A stretch of DNA of 61,858 nt, filler included, from Nemertoderma westbladi (lineage: Eukaryota; Animalia; Xenacoelomorpha): NCBI GenBank assembly GCA_032718475.1. It is 3 parts of 3 records of this genome, joined end to end, with 100 filler letters (N's around TTAATTAATTAA, not from the genome) between each part and the next. Parts side by side here need not be neighbours in the genome. Positions count along the whole stretch, not along the records: positions 1 to 31,089 come from JAUCBJ010003446.1; positions 31,190 to 52,553 come from JAUCBJ010006513.1; 1 more part is not named here. The stretch is one strand, 5' to 3'. A program made the translations under genes and the position numbers. The notes beneath the pieces are model-generated. The model was not told the origin of the DNA. It made no database searches and saw nothing but the letters and a program-made list of their open reading frames with translations. Shown here piece by piece: positions 28,401 through 40,595 of this stretch. Within the stretch, counting starts at the first letter, position 1. The number at the start of each line of letters is the position of its first letter.

Positions 28401-30250
28401 AGATTTTAGGATTTAGTCCAACACACTTAATCTCCATAAGGAGATGTATGTAACATATGACTCACATACTGCAATATTATATTCTTATACAATACTATTA
28501 TATTTCATGACATCAGAACAAATATTTATTGTTTTTTCAGGCTGTGTAACTAATAGTCTGGGACCCTCTAATAGTGATATAGAATCAACAACAATTACTG
28601 AATGTAATAACAGAATATCAGGCTGCAACTCTCTCTACCTTGGTCAAGCTGATGATAATAATCAAAACATGGTATTGATAAGAGATGGGGACAAGAGTAC
28701 TACTGAGGGCACGACTATGATGTGTACAGCTTTTCACAGTTCTTCTGTATCAGGATCCACTGCTAATAACGGTATGTTATTTTTAAGCAATTACAACATA
28801 TTATTATTACATTTAGTAAAAATAGTGTATTATTGTATTATTATATTCATCCATAACCATATATACAGTACCAGTACATGTCAATGTGTATTGTTTGGGT
28901 ATAAACTGTTGTAAATGTAATAATCAGTATAGCAGCTTGTGTATCCAACATGTAACTATGACCCTGTAATGCCTGCACTCGATCTTGGAGCGAACAGTTT
29001 GCATCTGCATTCAATTTAAGGTTATATATGCCAAGTTTCATTATACAAACTTTATTTGTTATTTATTTCCAAGGTATATCTTTAAAAGTGCGTTGTTGCT
29101 CCTCCCTAATTTGCATAGCTGGTGAAGCAGAACATCACAACAATCCTAATAAAGCTCAAGACGGGGCCATATCATCTTGTGATAGTGGATACACTGGTTA
29201 GTTATCAAATAAGACATGACATACATCTTCTATTTTTTTCACAATATTTTTAACACTCGTATATTGTCTTGCTTCCCATATGTCTCTACAACCGGCTCCT
29301 TTACCAACCTGCATAATTTGTATGATGGGACGTTTTTATGATCGTAAAATGAAACTCAAATAATTTATTATAAATATGTAATAATGAAAAATAGTATCTA
29401 GCCAATAATATGACATCTGAAAATATTAATATGCATGGATAAATGATAACTATGAATTATTGGAAATAAAGTACTAAATCTAAAATGAAAATAACATTCT
29501 TATTGAATTTATGATCAATTATTGGTTATGAACAATTATCCTATTATAAACAATAATCTGCACCTGTTTCCGTATTTCCGTTTCAGCCGTTGGTTGCAAT
29601 GCAAAAGTAAACACGGAATCAGGAAATGAGATAGCTGGTGTAAAGCCCGTGTTTACTAGCACTGCTGATGCTAATGGATTGTACAGTATCGGAAGAGATT
29701 GTATTGCCTACAGGTAATTATTATAAACATAATATTCATAATAAATACTACCAATACAATACGAATCTAAATGTCAACACTTACCATTGTCACGGTAACC
29801 GGCTGGTTCTTAGAGTAAATTGGCAGCCGGTTATCGAGCGTGTGATAAGAGTTTTGGGGTGAAAGTCTGTTTTAACTGGTTCTGTAGCTGTGTAGGCATA
29901 TGTAGGCATATGCATATGTATATGTAGGCTGTGATGTCACTATTTTGGACGTTCGGGAAAACTAGCTTCTTGTTTCTGCTTCCATGTTATGTATAATAAA
30001 ATATCATAGGTAATAAACAGTTACCAGTAATAGCACAAGTGTTAAATAAAACAACTGATGTACAAGTGTGTGGTTGACCAATGACTACAATATTCTGTGT
30101 GCCTATTTTTAATTTTAGAAACCGGAAAATTGCAGTCAATGGGAATTGTTGCAAGAAAGTAACCGGAACTTTATCTTGTCACGCCAAGGTATCTACTCCA
30201 TCATCAACAGAAGCTTCAATTTCCTGTGACCCACCCTTCAAGGCGACTGG
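1262..30250 (+). CDS. Multi-exon extracellular mosaic protein (partial, ~688 aa in window): TSP1 x2, SRCR, TSP1, Ig, EGF-like x2, PCSK9 C-terminal-like modules
   Basis: Exons 1262-1423, 1823-2069, 8289-8594, 16726-17117, 18668-18794, 19451-19669, 28541-28771, 29074-29196, 29587-29713, 30119-30250. All are AG/GT bounded. Phases after each exon (0,1,1,0,1,1,1,1,2,2) join into a stop-free 2066-nt frame. 5' end is upstream of the window; terminal exon not found. Confidence 0.85.
1823..2069 (+). CDS. Exon: end of TSP1 repeat plus second TSP1-like repeat
   Basis: ttttag|GAAAGA...AGTG|gtaggt; ERQRECPGKC...CDAECGLGSRMFVREC...DDSQC. Confidence 0.9.
2168..3203. mobile_element. P-element-like foldback MITE
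   Basis: Roughly 280-bp imperfect TIRs starting CAAGGTGTACTAAATAACAGGTCATGCAGCGAGCGGATT; perfect 8-bp TSD atataaac (2160-2167 and 3204-3211). Confidence 0.85.
3649..7408 (+). mobile_element. CRE-clade-like non-LTR retrotransposon with N-terminal Ulp1 (C48) protease, Zn finger, RT and RLE endonuclease; frameshifted
   Basis: Ulp1: NWL..TII, NHW, YFDS, QDNGYQCG. ZnF: CPVC..H..H..C. RT: SAGGPDG, IRPIAVG, DFSNAFN, QGDPEG, WYLNDG. Downstream LPARMGGLGI, CTRC..HGLSC..RH, RVDG..WDAT..ETLKIRKY. Split over about 8 ORFs. Confidence 0.9.
7653..8180. repeat. Tandem subterminal array (cgatatttttactct variants) of the MULE-like element
   Basis: About 15-bp unit repeated with higher-order blocks. Confidence 0.9.
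8289..8594 (+). CDS. Exon: SRCR (scavenger receptor Cys-rich) domain
   Basis: tttcag|CT...TTAA|gtaagt; LRL...GKLEV...WRSVC...AC..LGF...VDCSGEELSFTQC...VALSC. Confidence 0.9.
8741..9106 (+). mobile_element. Possible non-autonomous Helitron-like element
   Basis: Starts ctatatatataaaatg..gtttgtctgtttgt and ends with a weak hairpin then CTAGT. Confidence 0.3.
9385..10330 (-). pseudogene. Degenerate DNA transposase remnant (pogo/Tigger DDE_1-like C-terminal part)
   Basis: GFSSCGIIPVDKTKYP..RF motif followed by Thr/Pro-rich and Lys-rich segments; frameshifted. Confidence 0.45.
10730..11272 (+). pseudogene. Remnant of CMC/EnSpm-like transposase
   Basis: ADLPAKADALN..HNAYFGCQWC motif at about 11050-11125; LP.PN.CP upstream; internally deleted. 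Confidence 0.6.
11990..15620 (+). mobile_element. APE-type LINE (possibly RTEX-like), ORF1 plus 3'-truncated, frameshifted ORF2
   Basis: ORF1 pieces 12024-13319 (FISHL..TT, SFKVS, WPQGVFIRKW). ORF2 from 13389: SYNSTG, GRPSGG, GDLNSD, LDHF, SGHFP, NYRAIA, QFGFQ, LLDFTKAFD, NGVNQG, AYAHD. Clade is inferred. Confidence 0.85.
16726..17117 (+). CDS. Exon: divergent TSP1 repeat plus first half of Ig domain
   Basis: tttag|CTGATGGT...CTA|gtacgt; DGHYGDF...C...TRLCNLPIP...GC...C, then GGSLSLEC...FNWY. Confidence 0.85.
17360..17660 (+). mobile_element. RTE-type LINE 3' fragment
   Basis: HISNQTLY and DTDIEDADKLENAMGDRDLWRR; related copies at 42917-43140 (-) and 49150-49350 (+). Confidence 0.6.
18131..18346. 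repeat. Perfect 96-bp inverted repeat with 24-bp spacer
   Basis: 18131-18226 is the exact reverse complement of 18251-18346. Confidence 0.95.
18668..18794 (+). CDS. Exon: second half of Ig domain
   Basis: ttacag|ATA...GTTG|gtaagt; SLSISVTAVSHSGQYKC...ELTV. Confidence 0.9.
18760..19325 (+). repeat. 37-bp minisatellite spanning an exon/intron junction
   Basis: About 15 copies of aagtggagaaacagaactaacagttctcgttattggt; 13 contain GGTAAGT. Confidence 0.95.
19451..19669 (+). CDS. Exon: two EGF-like repeats
   Basis: ttacag|AC...TCCG|gtaagt; DPCAGATCGIDASCTDGNCNC...DC / DLCFGVVCGLAATCNQDTGDCEC...DC. Confidence 0.85.
22790..23128 (-). pseudogene. LINE ORF1 5' fragment with PHD-like finger
   Basis: IECSHC...FLCGVC..KIESLE; cut off abruptly by a HINE-like repeat. 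Confidence 0.5.
24450..25017 (-). pseudogene. Highly degenerate RT fragment (CRE-like)
   Basis: FANA and Y-V-D-D-W (tacgtcgacgactgg at about 24714-24728 on the minus strand); GC-richer than flanks; a possibly related piece at 26580-26810. Confidence 0.4.
28541..28771 (+). CDS. Exon: PCSK9 C-terminal-like module 1
   Basis: ttttcag|GC...AACG|gtatgt; CVTNSLGPS...TEC...SGCNS...RDGD...MCTAFH. Confidence 0.8.
29074..29196 (+). CDS. Exon: end of module 1 and start of module 2
   Basis: ttccaag|GT...ACTG|gttagt; GISLKVRCC..LIC...SSCDSGYT. Confidence 0.8.
29587..29713 (+). CDS. Exon: module 2 core
   Basis: tttcag|CC...ACAG|gtaatt; AVGCNA...IAGV...DCIAY. Confidence 0.8.
30119..30250 (+). CDS. Exon: end of module 2 and start of module 3
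   Basis: ttttag|A...CTGG|gtaata; AVNGNCC...LSCHAKVS...ASISCDPPFKATG. Confidence 0.8.
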
Positions 30251-31089
30251 GTAATATAAGCTTCACTACGTTTTAGTTACCATTCTATATAATTGTGACT
30301 TTTATTTTGATTTATTGATGACTTCTTACCAGTGCGCAGTCTGACAAAACGACGGATTGACAGACAAAAGTACAGACAGTCTAACTACGTGAAATGTAAA
30401 AACTGACATCGGAAATGAAATCACGAACCCAAAAAACCTCTATAGCGAGAATTTGATAACATATAATTCACATAATTACATATTTAGCTGTCAGTTTATG
30501 AAAGACGACATGGATAAAACAGGAGGCAATGACGATAACTTCCCGTGGTCCGTTCCATCTAACGATTTTACATCCTCAAGTAATGGAGCTTACATTCCCG
30601 GTTAGTGACAAACACACCTTACATTCCCGGTTAGTGACAAACACACCTTATATTCATGGGTTGCATCTAATTGTTAGTTTGTAAAAGAGCTTAACACAAC
30701 TAACTGAATATTTGTAATCGATTTTTCGCGCCATCGTAGGCAACACACAAAAATATGATCCCCCAAGATTCTAATTTAGAAACGCGATAATCACAACATA
30801 ATTATTCCCTACCCCTTTCCTTACCGCAATACTCCCTCGCCACCTACACCCAATATATCACGGCCTTTCCCAAACCAGTAACCTATTATTCACCTTTAAA
30901 GCCATCCAGGTCAACCACATTTCAATATTATCAGCTCCCCTGCATTAACACCACCCAGTTAGTATCAGGGAATAATTCTGTATCCAATAACTATATGAGA
31001 TAACAGTGACAGTAAATGCTTATTGGTCAGTTTGTAACAAGTCAATATTAATTATGTTTGCATGTGTTTAACGTAATCCTTGAAAAGGA

Positions 31090-31189
31090 NNNNNNNNNNN
31101 NNNNNNNNNNNNNNNNNNNNNNNNNNNNNNNNNTTAATTAATTAANNNNNNNNNNNNNNNNNNNNNNNNNNNNNNNNNNNNNNNNNNNN
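31090..31189. other. Scaffold gap linker
   Basis: N-run with embedded TTAATTAATTAA, 100 bp. Confidence 0.98.
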
Positions 31190-31248
31190 AAAATAATATG
31201 GTTAAATAATGTGCTGTGTTGCTATTAATGGCTATACACCTATAAAGA

Positions 31249-31493
31249 AGGGGTAGCTCAGTTAGCTGAGCGCCGGGCCTGCAATCTATTGGTAGTAGGT
31301 TCAGTCCCGTCAGGATCCACTCAGTCTTTCATCCACTGGGGTCGATAAAATGAGTACCAGGTAAATAACTGGGAGCAAATATTGGGATAGGCGTAGCGTA
31401 GCGCCCACCCCTACCTACAATCGGGTAGCAGCTATCCAAAGAGGAGCCTTCGGGTCGCCTCCACCCTCGGGCGACTGTTTGCTTTTGCTTTTT
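31249..31493 (+). mobile_element. tRNA-derived SINE with Nin/Deu-like core
   Basis: A-box tagctcagttag, ctgcaa anticodon-like loop, B-box-like ggttcagtccc, core actcagtctttcatcc..ggtcgataaaatgagtacc, tail gagccttcgggtcgcc plus ttttgc repeats. Confidence 0.75.
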
Positions 31494-32130
31494 GTGTTGC
31501 AGTTAAGGTCAGTTAAGGTACCCCTCCGCCTACCTTTCTCTTTTATGAATTTATGTTCCACGAATTTTTTAATATTTTTTGCAACTGACTTAGTTAACGG
31601 AATTGTCTAATCTTAAAGTTAACTTGAACTTAATGATAAGTCGGTTTTATGCGGTCCGTGTTCCTGAAATCCTGGATATGCGATCTGGGGTTCTATGCCT
31701 TGAATTTTGAACTGTGGTAAACTGAACCAACTAACTGGTTAGAGCGAATTTAATGAACAATTGTAATTCAACTTTCGAACTCCGAGATGTGTTGCAATGT
31801 TTAAAAAATGCAATAAAAATAAATGTCAATGAATCAGTGATCAGTGATATTTCTTAAAATTATAACCTTTTCTAGTATATTTAGATTTCGGTGAATCTGT
31901 AGGATACTTTGTACTACTAAGTACTATGAGTAATTTTAAGTACCAATTAGTAACTAGTACTATCTATACTACCAATTTAAGGAATTTCCAATTTCAGCAA
32001 AAATATTGTTACGCAACTATTTTCTAACCCCAAAAAGCTGCAATGCGTAATTCGGATGTAAACCGTCTTAAACTATTACTTGCAGGTAAATCAGCCCATT
32101 ATCGAACTAACGATAAACAAAATCTAACAA

Positions 32131-35100
32131 TATTGATAACATAATGGGACTAACGGGACATAATGGGACTAACGGGACATAATGGGACTAACGGGACATA
32201 ATGGGACTAACGGGACATAATGGGACTAACGGGACATAATGGGACTAACTCACTCAGTATTGATAACATAATGGGACTAACGGGACATAATGGGACTAAC
32301 GGGACATAATGGGACTAACGGGACATAATGGGACTAACGGGACATAATGGGACTAACGGGACATAATGGGACTAACTCACTCAGTATTGATAACATAATG
32401 GGACTAACTCACTAACATAATGGGACTAACGGGACATAATGGGACTAACTCACTCAGTATTGATAACATAATGGGACTAACTCACTCAGTATTGATAACA
32501 TAATGGGACTAAAGGGACACAATGGGACTAACGGGACATAATGGGACTAACGGGACATAATGGGACTAACGGGACATAATGGGACTAACTCACTCAGTAT
32601 TGATAACATAATGGGACTAACTTACTAACATAATGGGACTAACTCACTCAGTATTGATAACATAATGGGACTAACTCACTTAGTATTGATAACATAATGG
32701 GACTAACTCACTCAGTATTGATAACATAATGGGACTAACGGGACATAATGGGACTAACGGGACATAATGGGACTAACTCACTCAGTATTGATAACATAAT
32801 GGGACTAACTCACTAACATAATGGGACTAACTCACTCAGTATTGATAACATAATGGGACTAACTCACTAACATAATGGGACTAACTCACTCAGTATTGAT
32901 AACATAATGGGACTAACTCACTCAGTATTGATAACATAATGGGACTAACTCACTAACATAATGGGACTAACTCACTCAGTATTGATAACATAATGGGACT
33001 AACTCACTCAGTATTGATAACATAATGGGACTAACTCACTCAGTATTGATAACATAATGGGACTAACTTACTCAGTATTGATAACATAATGGGACTAACG
33101 GGACATAATGGGACTAACTCACTCAGTATTGATAACATAATGGGACTAACGGGACATAATGGGACTAACTCACTCAGTATTGATAACATAATGGGACTAA
33201 CTCACTAACATAATGGGACTAACTCACTCAGTATTGATAACATAATGGGACTAACTCACTAACATAATGGGACTAACTCACTCAGTATTGATAACATAAT
33301 GGGACTAACGGGACATAATGGGACTAACGGGACATAATGGGACTAACTAACTCAGTATTGATAACATAATGGGACTAACTCACTAACATAATGGGACTAA
33401 CTCACTCAGTATTGATAACATAATGGGACTAACTCACTAACATAATGGGACTAACTCACTCAGTATTGATAACATAATGGGACTAACTCACTAACATAAT
33501 GGGACTAACTCACTCAGTATTGATAACATAATGGGACTAACTCACTAACATAATGGGACTAACTCACTAACATAATGGGACTAACTCACTCAGTATTGAT
33601 AACATAATGGGACTAACTAACTAACATAATGGGACTAACTCACTCAGTATTGATAACATAATGGGACTAACGGGACATAATGGGACTAACGGGACATAAT
33701 GGGACTAACGGGACATAATGGGACTAACGGGACATAATGGGACTAACTCACTCCGTATTGATAGCATAATGGGACTAACTCACTCAGTATTGATAACATA
33801 ATGGGACTAACTCACTCAGTATTGATAACATAATGGGACTATCTCACTTAGTATTGATAACATAATGGGACTAACTCACTCAGTATTGATAACATAATGG
33901 GTCTAACTCACTCAGTATTGATAACATAACATAATGGGACTAACTCACTCAGTATTGATAACATAATGGGACTAACGGGACATAATGGGACTAACTCACT
34001 CAGTATTGATAACATAATGGGACTAACTCACTAACATAATGGGACTAACTCACTCAGTATTGATAACATAATGGGACTAACGGGACATAATGGGACTAAC
34101 TCACTCAGTATTGATAACATAATGGGACTAACTCACTAACATAATGGGACTAACTCACTAACATAATGGGACTAACTCACTAACATAATGGGACTAACTC
34201 ACTAACATAATGGGACTAACTCACTCAGCATTGATAACATAATGGGACTAACTCACTAACATAATGGGACTAACTCACTAACATAATGGGACTAACTCAC
34301 TAACATAATGGGACTACCTCACTAACATAATGGGACTAACTCACTAACATAATGGGACTAACTCACTCAGTATTGATAACATAATGGGACTAACTCACTC
34401 AGTATTGATAACATAATGGGACTATCTCACTCAGTATTGATAACATAATGGGACTAACTCACTCAGTATTGATAACATAATGGGACTAACTAACTCAGTA
34501 TTGATAACATAATGGGACTAACTCACTAACATAATGGGACTAACTCACTCAGTATTGATAACATAATGGGACTAACTCACTAACATAATGGGACTAACTC
34601 ACTAACATAATGGGACTAACTCACTAACATAATGGGACTACCTCACTAACATAATGGGACTAACTCACTAACATAATGGGACTAATTCACTCAGTATTGA
34701 TAACATAATGGGACTAACTCACTCAGTATTGATAACATAATGGGACTAACTCACTCAGTACTGATAACATAATGGGACTAACTCACTCAGTATTGATAAC
34801 ATAACATAATGGGACTAACTCACTCAGTATTGATAACATAATGGGACTAACTCACTCAGTATTTATAACATAATGGGACTAACTCACTCAGTATTGATAA
34901 CATAATGGGACTAACTCACTCAGTATTGATAACATAATGGGACTAACTCACTAACATAATGGGACTAACTCACTCAGTATTGATAACATAATGGGACTAA
35001 CTAACTCAGTATTGATAACATAATGGGACTAACTCACTAACATAATGGGACTAACTCACTCAGCATTGATAACATAATGGGACTAACTCACTCAGTATTG

Positions 35101-38100
35101 ATAACATAATGGGACTATCTCACTCAGTATTGATAACATAATGGGACTAACTCACTCAGTATTGATAACATAATGGGACTAACTCACTCAGTATTGATAA
35201 CATAATGGGACTAACTCACTAACATAATGGGACTAATTCACTCAGTATTGATAACATAATGGGACTAACTCACTCAGTATTGATAACATAATGGGACTAA
35301 CTCACTAACATAATGGGACTAACTCACTAACACAATGGGACTAACTCACTAACATAATGGGACTACCTCACTAACATAATGGGACTAACTCACTAACATA
35401 ATGGGACTAATTCACTCAGTATTGATAACATAATGGGACTAACTCACTAACATAATGGGACTAATTCACTCAGTATTGATAACATAATGGGACTAACTCA
35501 CTCAGTATTGATAACATAATGGGACTAACTCACTCAGTACTGATAACATAATGGGACTAACTCACTCAGTATTGATAACATAACATAATGGGACTAACTC
35601 ACTCAGTATTGATAACATAATGGGACTAACTCACTCAGTATTTATAACATAATGGGACTAACTCACTCAGTATTGATAACATAATGGGACTAACTCACTC
35701 AGTATTGATAACATAATGGGACTAACTCACTCAGTATTGATAACATAATGGGACTAACTCACTAACATAATGGGACTAACTCACTCAGTATTGATAACAT
35801 AATGGGACTAACTCACTAACATAATGGGACTAACTCACTCAGTATTGATAACATAATGGGACTAACTCACTAACATAATGGGACTAACTCACTAACATAA
35901 TGGGACTAACTCACTAACATAATGGGACTACCTCACTAACATAATGGGACTAACTCACTAACATAATGGGACTAATTCACTCAGTATTGATAACATAATG
36001 GGACTAACTCACTCAGTATTGGTAACATAATGGGACTAACTCACTAACATAATGGGACTAACTCACTCAGTATTGATAACATAATGGGACTAACTCACTA
36101 ACATAATGGGACTAACTCACTAACATAATGGGACTAACTCACTCAGTATTGATAACATAATGGGACTAACTCACTAACAAAATGGGACTAACTCACTAAC
36201 CTTATTGGACTAACTCACTAACACAATGGGACTAACTCACTCAGTATTGATAACATAATGGGACTAACGGGACATAATGGGACTAACGGGACATAATGGG
36301 ACTAACTCACTCAGTATTGATAACATAATGGGACTAACTCACTCAGTATTGATAACATAATGGGACTAACTCACTCAGTATTGATAACATAATGGGACTA
36401 ACTCACTTAGTATTGATAACATAATGGGACTAACTCACTCAGTATTGATAACATCATGGGACTAACGGGACTAACTCACTCAGTATTGATAACATCATGG
36501 GACTAACGGGACTAACTCACTCAGTATTGATAACATAATGGGACTAACTCACTCAGTATTGATAACATAATGGGACTAACTCACTAACATAATGGGACTA
36601 ACTCACTAACATAATGGGACTAACTCACTCAGTATTGATACATAATGGGACTAACTTACTCAGTATTGATAACATAATGGGACTAACTCACTCAGTATTG
36701 ATAACATCATGGGACTAACGGGACTAACTCACTCAGTATTGATAACATAATGGGACTAACTCACTCAGTATTGATAACATAATGGGACTAACTCACTAAC
36801 ATAATGGGACTAACTCACTCAGTATTGATACATAATGGGACTAACTTACTCAGTATTGATAACATAATGGGACTAACTCACTCAGTATTGATAACATCAT
36901 GGGACTAACGGGACATAATGGGACTAACGGGACATAATGGGACTAACTCACTCAGTATTGATAACATAATGGGACTAACTCACTAACATAATGGGACTAC
37001 CTCACTAACATAATGGGACTAACTCACTAACATAATGGGACTAATTCACTCAGTATTGATAACATAATGGGACTAACTCACTCAGTATTGATAACATAAT
37101 GGGACTAACTCACTCAGTACTGATAACATAATGGGACTAACTCACTCAGTATTGATAACATAACATAATGGGACTAACTCACTCAGTATTGATAACATAA
37201 TGGGACTAACTCACTCAGTATTTATAACATAATGGGACTAACTCACTCAGTATTGATAACATAATGGGACTAACTCACTCAGTATTGATAACATAATGGG
37301 ACTAACTCACTAACATAATGGGACTAACTCACTCAGTATTGATAACATAATGGGACTAACTAACTCAGTATTGATAACATAATGGGACTAACTCACTAAC
37401 ATAATGGGACTAACTCACTCAGCATTGATAACATAATGGGACTAACTCACTCAGTATTGATAACATAATGGGACTATCTCACTCAGTATTGATAACATAA
37501 TGGGACTAACTCACTCAGTATTGATAACATAATGGGACTAACTCACTCAGTATTGATAACATAATGGGACTAACTCACTAACATAATGGGACTAATTCAC
37601 TCAGTATTGATAACATAATGGGACTAACTCACTCAGTATTGATAACATAATGGGACTAACTCACTAACATAATGGGACTAACTCACTAACACAATGGGAC
37701 TAACTCACTAACATAATGGGACTACCTCACTAACATAATGGGACTAACTCACTAACATAATGGGACTAATTCACTCAGTATTGATAACATAATGGGACTA
37801 ACTCACTAACATAATGGGACTAATTCACTCAGTATTGATAACATAATGGGACTAACTCACTCAGTATTGATAACATAATGGGACTAACTCACTCAGTACT
37901 GATAACATAATGGGACTAACTCACTCAGTATTGATAACATAACATAATGGGACTAACTCACTCAGTATTGATAACATAATGGGACTAACTCACTCAGTAT
38001 TTATAACATAATGGGACTAACTCACTCAGTATTGATAACATAATGGGACTAACTCACTCAGTATTGATAACATAATGGGACTAACTCACTCAGTATTGAT

Positions 38101-39308
38101 AACATAATGGGACTAACTCACTAACATAATGGGACTAACTCACTCAGTATTGATAACATAATGGGACTAACTCACTAACATAATGGGACTAACTCACTCA
38201 GTATTGATAACATAATGGGACTAACTCACTAACATAATGGGACTAACTCACTAACATAATGGGACTAACTCACTAACATAATGGGACTACCTCACTAACA
38301 TAATGGGACTAACTCACTAACATAATGGGACTAATTCACTCAGTATTGATAACATAATGGGACTAACTCACTCAGTATTGGTAACATAATGGGACTAACT
38401 CACTAACATAATGGGACTAACTCACTCAGTATTGATAACATAATGGGACTAACTCACTAACATAATGGGACTAACTCACTAACATAATGGGACTAACTCA
38501 CTCAGTATTGATAACATAATGGGACTAACTCACTAACAAAATGGGACTAACTCACTAACCTTATTGGACTAACTCACTAACACAATGGGACTAACTCACT
38601 CAGTATTGATAACATAATGGGACTAACGGGACATAATGGGACTAACGGGACATAATGGGACTAACTCACTCAGTATTGATAACATAATGGGACTAACTCA
38701 CTCAGTATTGATAACATAATGGGACTAACTCACTCAGTATTGATAACATAATGGGACTAACTCACTTAGTATTGATAACATAATGGGACTAACTCACTCA
38801 GTATTGATAACATCATGGGACTAACGGGACTAACTCACTCAGTATTGATAACATAATGGGACTAACTCACTCAGTATTGATAACATAATGGGACTAACTC
38901 ACTAACATAATGGGACTAACTCACTAACATAATGGGACTAACTCACTCAGTATTGATACATAATGGGACTAACTTACTCAGTATTGATAACATAATGGGA
39001 CTAACTCACTCAGTATTGATAACATCATGGGACTAACGGGACTAACTCACTCAGTATTGATAACATAATGGGACTAACTCACTCAGTATTGATAACATAA
39101 TGGGACTAACTCACTAACATAATGGGACTAACTCACTCAGTATTGATACATAATGGGACTAACTTACTCAGTATTGATAACATAATGGGACTAACTCACT
39201 CAGTATTGATAACATCATGGGACTAACGGGACATAATGGGACTAACGGGACATAATGGGACTAACTCACTCAGTATTGATAACATAATGGGACTAACTCA
39301 CTCAGTAT
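32131..39308. repeat. 7.2-kb satellite of interleaved 19-, 22- and 32-bp monomers with higher-order duplication
   Basis: Shared core cataatgggactaac plus ggga, tcactaa or tcactcagtattgataa; diagnostic variants recur at 2359-bp spacing. Confidence 0.97.
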
Positions 39309-39337
39309 TTTAATTATTTTGATTTATTGATTATTCA

Positions 39338-39565
39338 ACCACGGGTTGGATAGCTGTTCGTCCAGGTCCCCCACTATGGGTGATCATCAACAGTTAAATC
39401 TTCTGCGATTTCCGTTATCGTTATCTTTGTATCTATCGGTAAAGCATGATAGCCTGGGTGGAGCTAGGCTGCAGCTTTCAAACCAGTGCTGATCTGCCCG
39501 GGGATCGAACCCGGGACCTCCCGGTTGGATAACCAACCCAGAACGTCATCACTACCGCAGACAAA
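39338..39565 (-). mobile_element. tRNA-derived SINE (second family)
   Basis: Minus strand B-box gaggtcccgggttcgatccccggg followed by a non-tRNA body. Confidence 0.6.
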
Positions 39566-40595
39566 GCGACTGAGTTGTCCAACACAATGTAAATTATTCA
39601 ACAATTAAAATAACTTATAAGGCAACCGTTTGACCAATAGGTACTTCTCTTAACGCCCAGGTTCCCTTACCGCATCAATCGATACACCGTATATGTGAGG
39701 CAAGGAGGCGGTTGATGTTCGCCAAGTCATCTAAGTGAGAGGAAACCCCCAACACGGATCCCCGCAACCAATCACGATACAACCTTTGTATCTTCTATAC
39801 CGGGTGGGCGGGGGGACAACGGCACTGGAGTTATTCAGTTCTTCTCTATAAGGATTCACCTTTATCCACTGAAAATAAATATAACTAGAGCATAAACCTG
39901 TTACTAAAGGAGACAAACTATAAAGTCAACAAAGAGAAAGTTCAAGAGAGATATTAGTTTACGTTCAAGAATATATTCGAATGTAACATATCGTCAGTTA
40001 CATATCGGAACAAATAGATTCATCACTTCTGCTATCATAGGACTTCTAAAATTTATGATTTCATCTCTCAGAAATAACAATAAACCTGACATGAACATTC
40101 CTAATTACGGTATATTGGATATTACGGAACGCGACAATACACCCGATACAATGACACAATATAATACGATCCCCCCAATGAGAAAGAACGGTACATGTCA
40201 GGTGAAACGCACCTTGGCGACTTATGAACTACAATGAAGGAATCAAAAAACAAATAAAGACAACAACAAACTGTTATAATCCACCAAATAAAACCTACAC
40301 GTACCAGTTTAATAGCTGTGTTAGTGAATTTATAAAAAGTACGCATAAAAGTGACGGAGGAATATTGGGGTAAATTATTTTAAATTGTTTTATCATTTAG
40401 CGGATATTTTCTAATTCAAATTAATTAAGTTTCAAATTTTAAATAAAGCATAAAATACATAATTTCACTTGGAAACCATTGTTGAAATATATTAAAAGAA
40501 AAAAATACCCTTGGTCTATATTATAGGTACAGCGACATACGTACGTTGGTTGGGTACACAACGCATATAATATACGGATATTTGAAAGTTACAAA

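Noticed and set aside
31134-31145. TTAATTAATTAA palindrome inside N-runs (also at 52598-52609)
   Set aside because: Artificial scaffolding linker with stops in all frames.
31249-31320. tRNA-Cys gene
   Set aside because: No proper acceptor stem, degenerate T-arm, and it continues into a SINE body; the tRNA-like pieces at 39490-39560 and 58470-58540 are rejected for the same reason.
31998-32143. Candidate terminal exon of the mosaic gene
   Set aside because: In the required phase 2, acceptor 32085 gives an immediate stop and acceptor 31997 gives a short peptide without the expected Cys pattern.
32131-39308. CRISPR-like array or telomeric repeat
   Set aside because: The intervening sequences are three recurring tails rather than unique spacers; no cas genes, eukaryotic context, and no TTAGGG-type unit.
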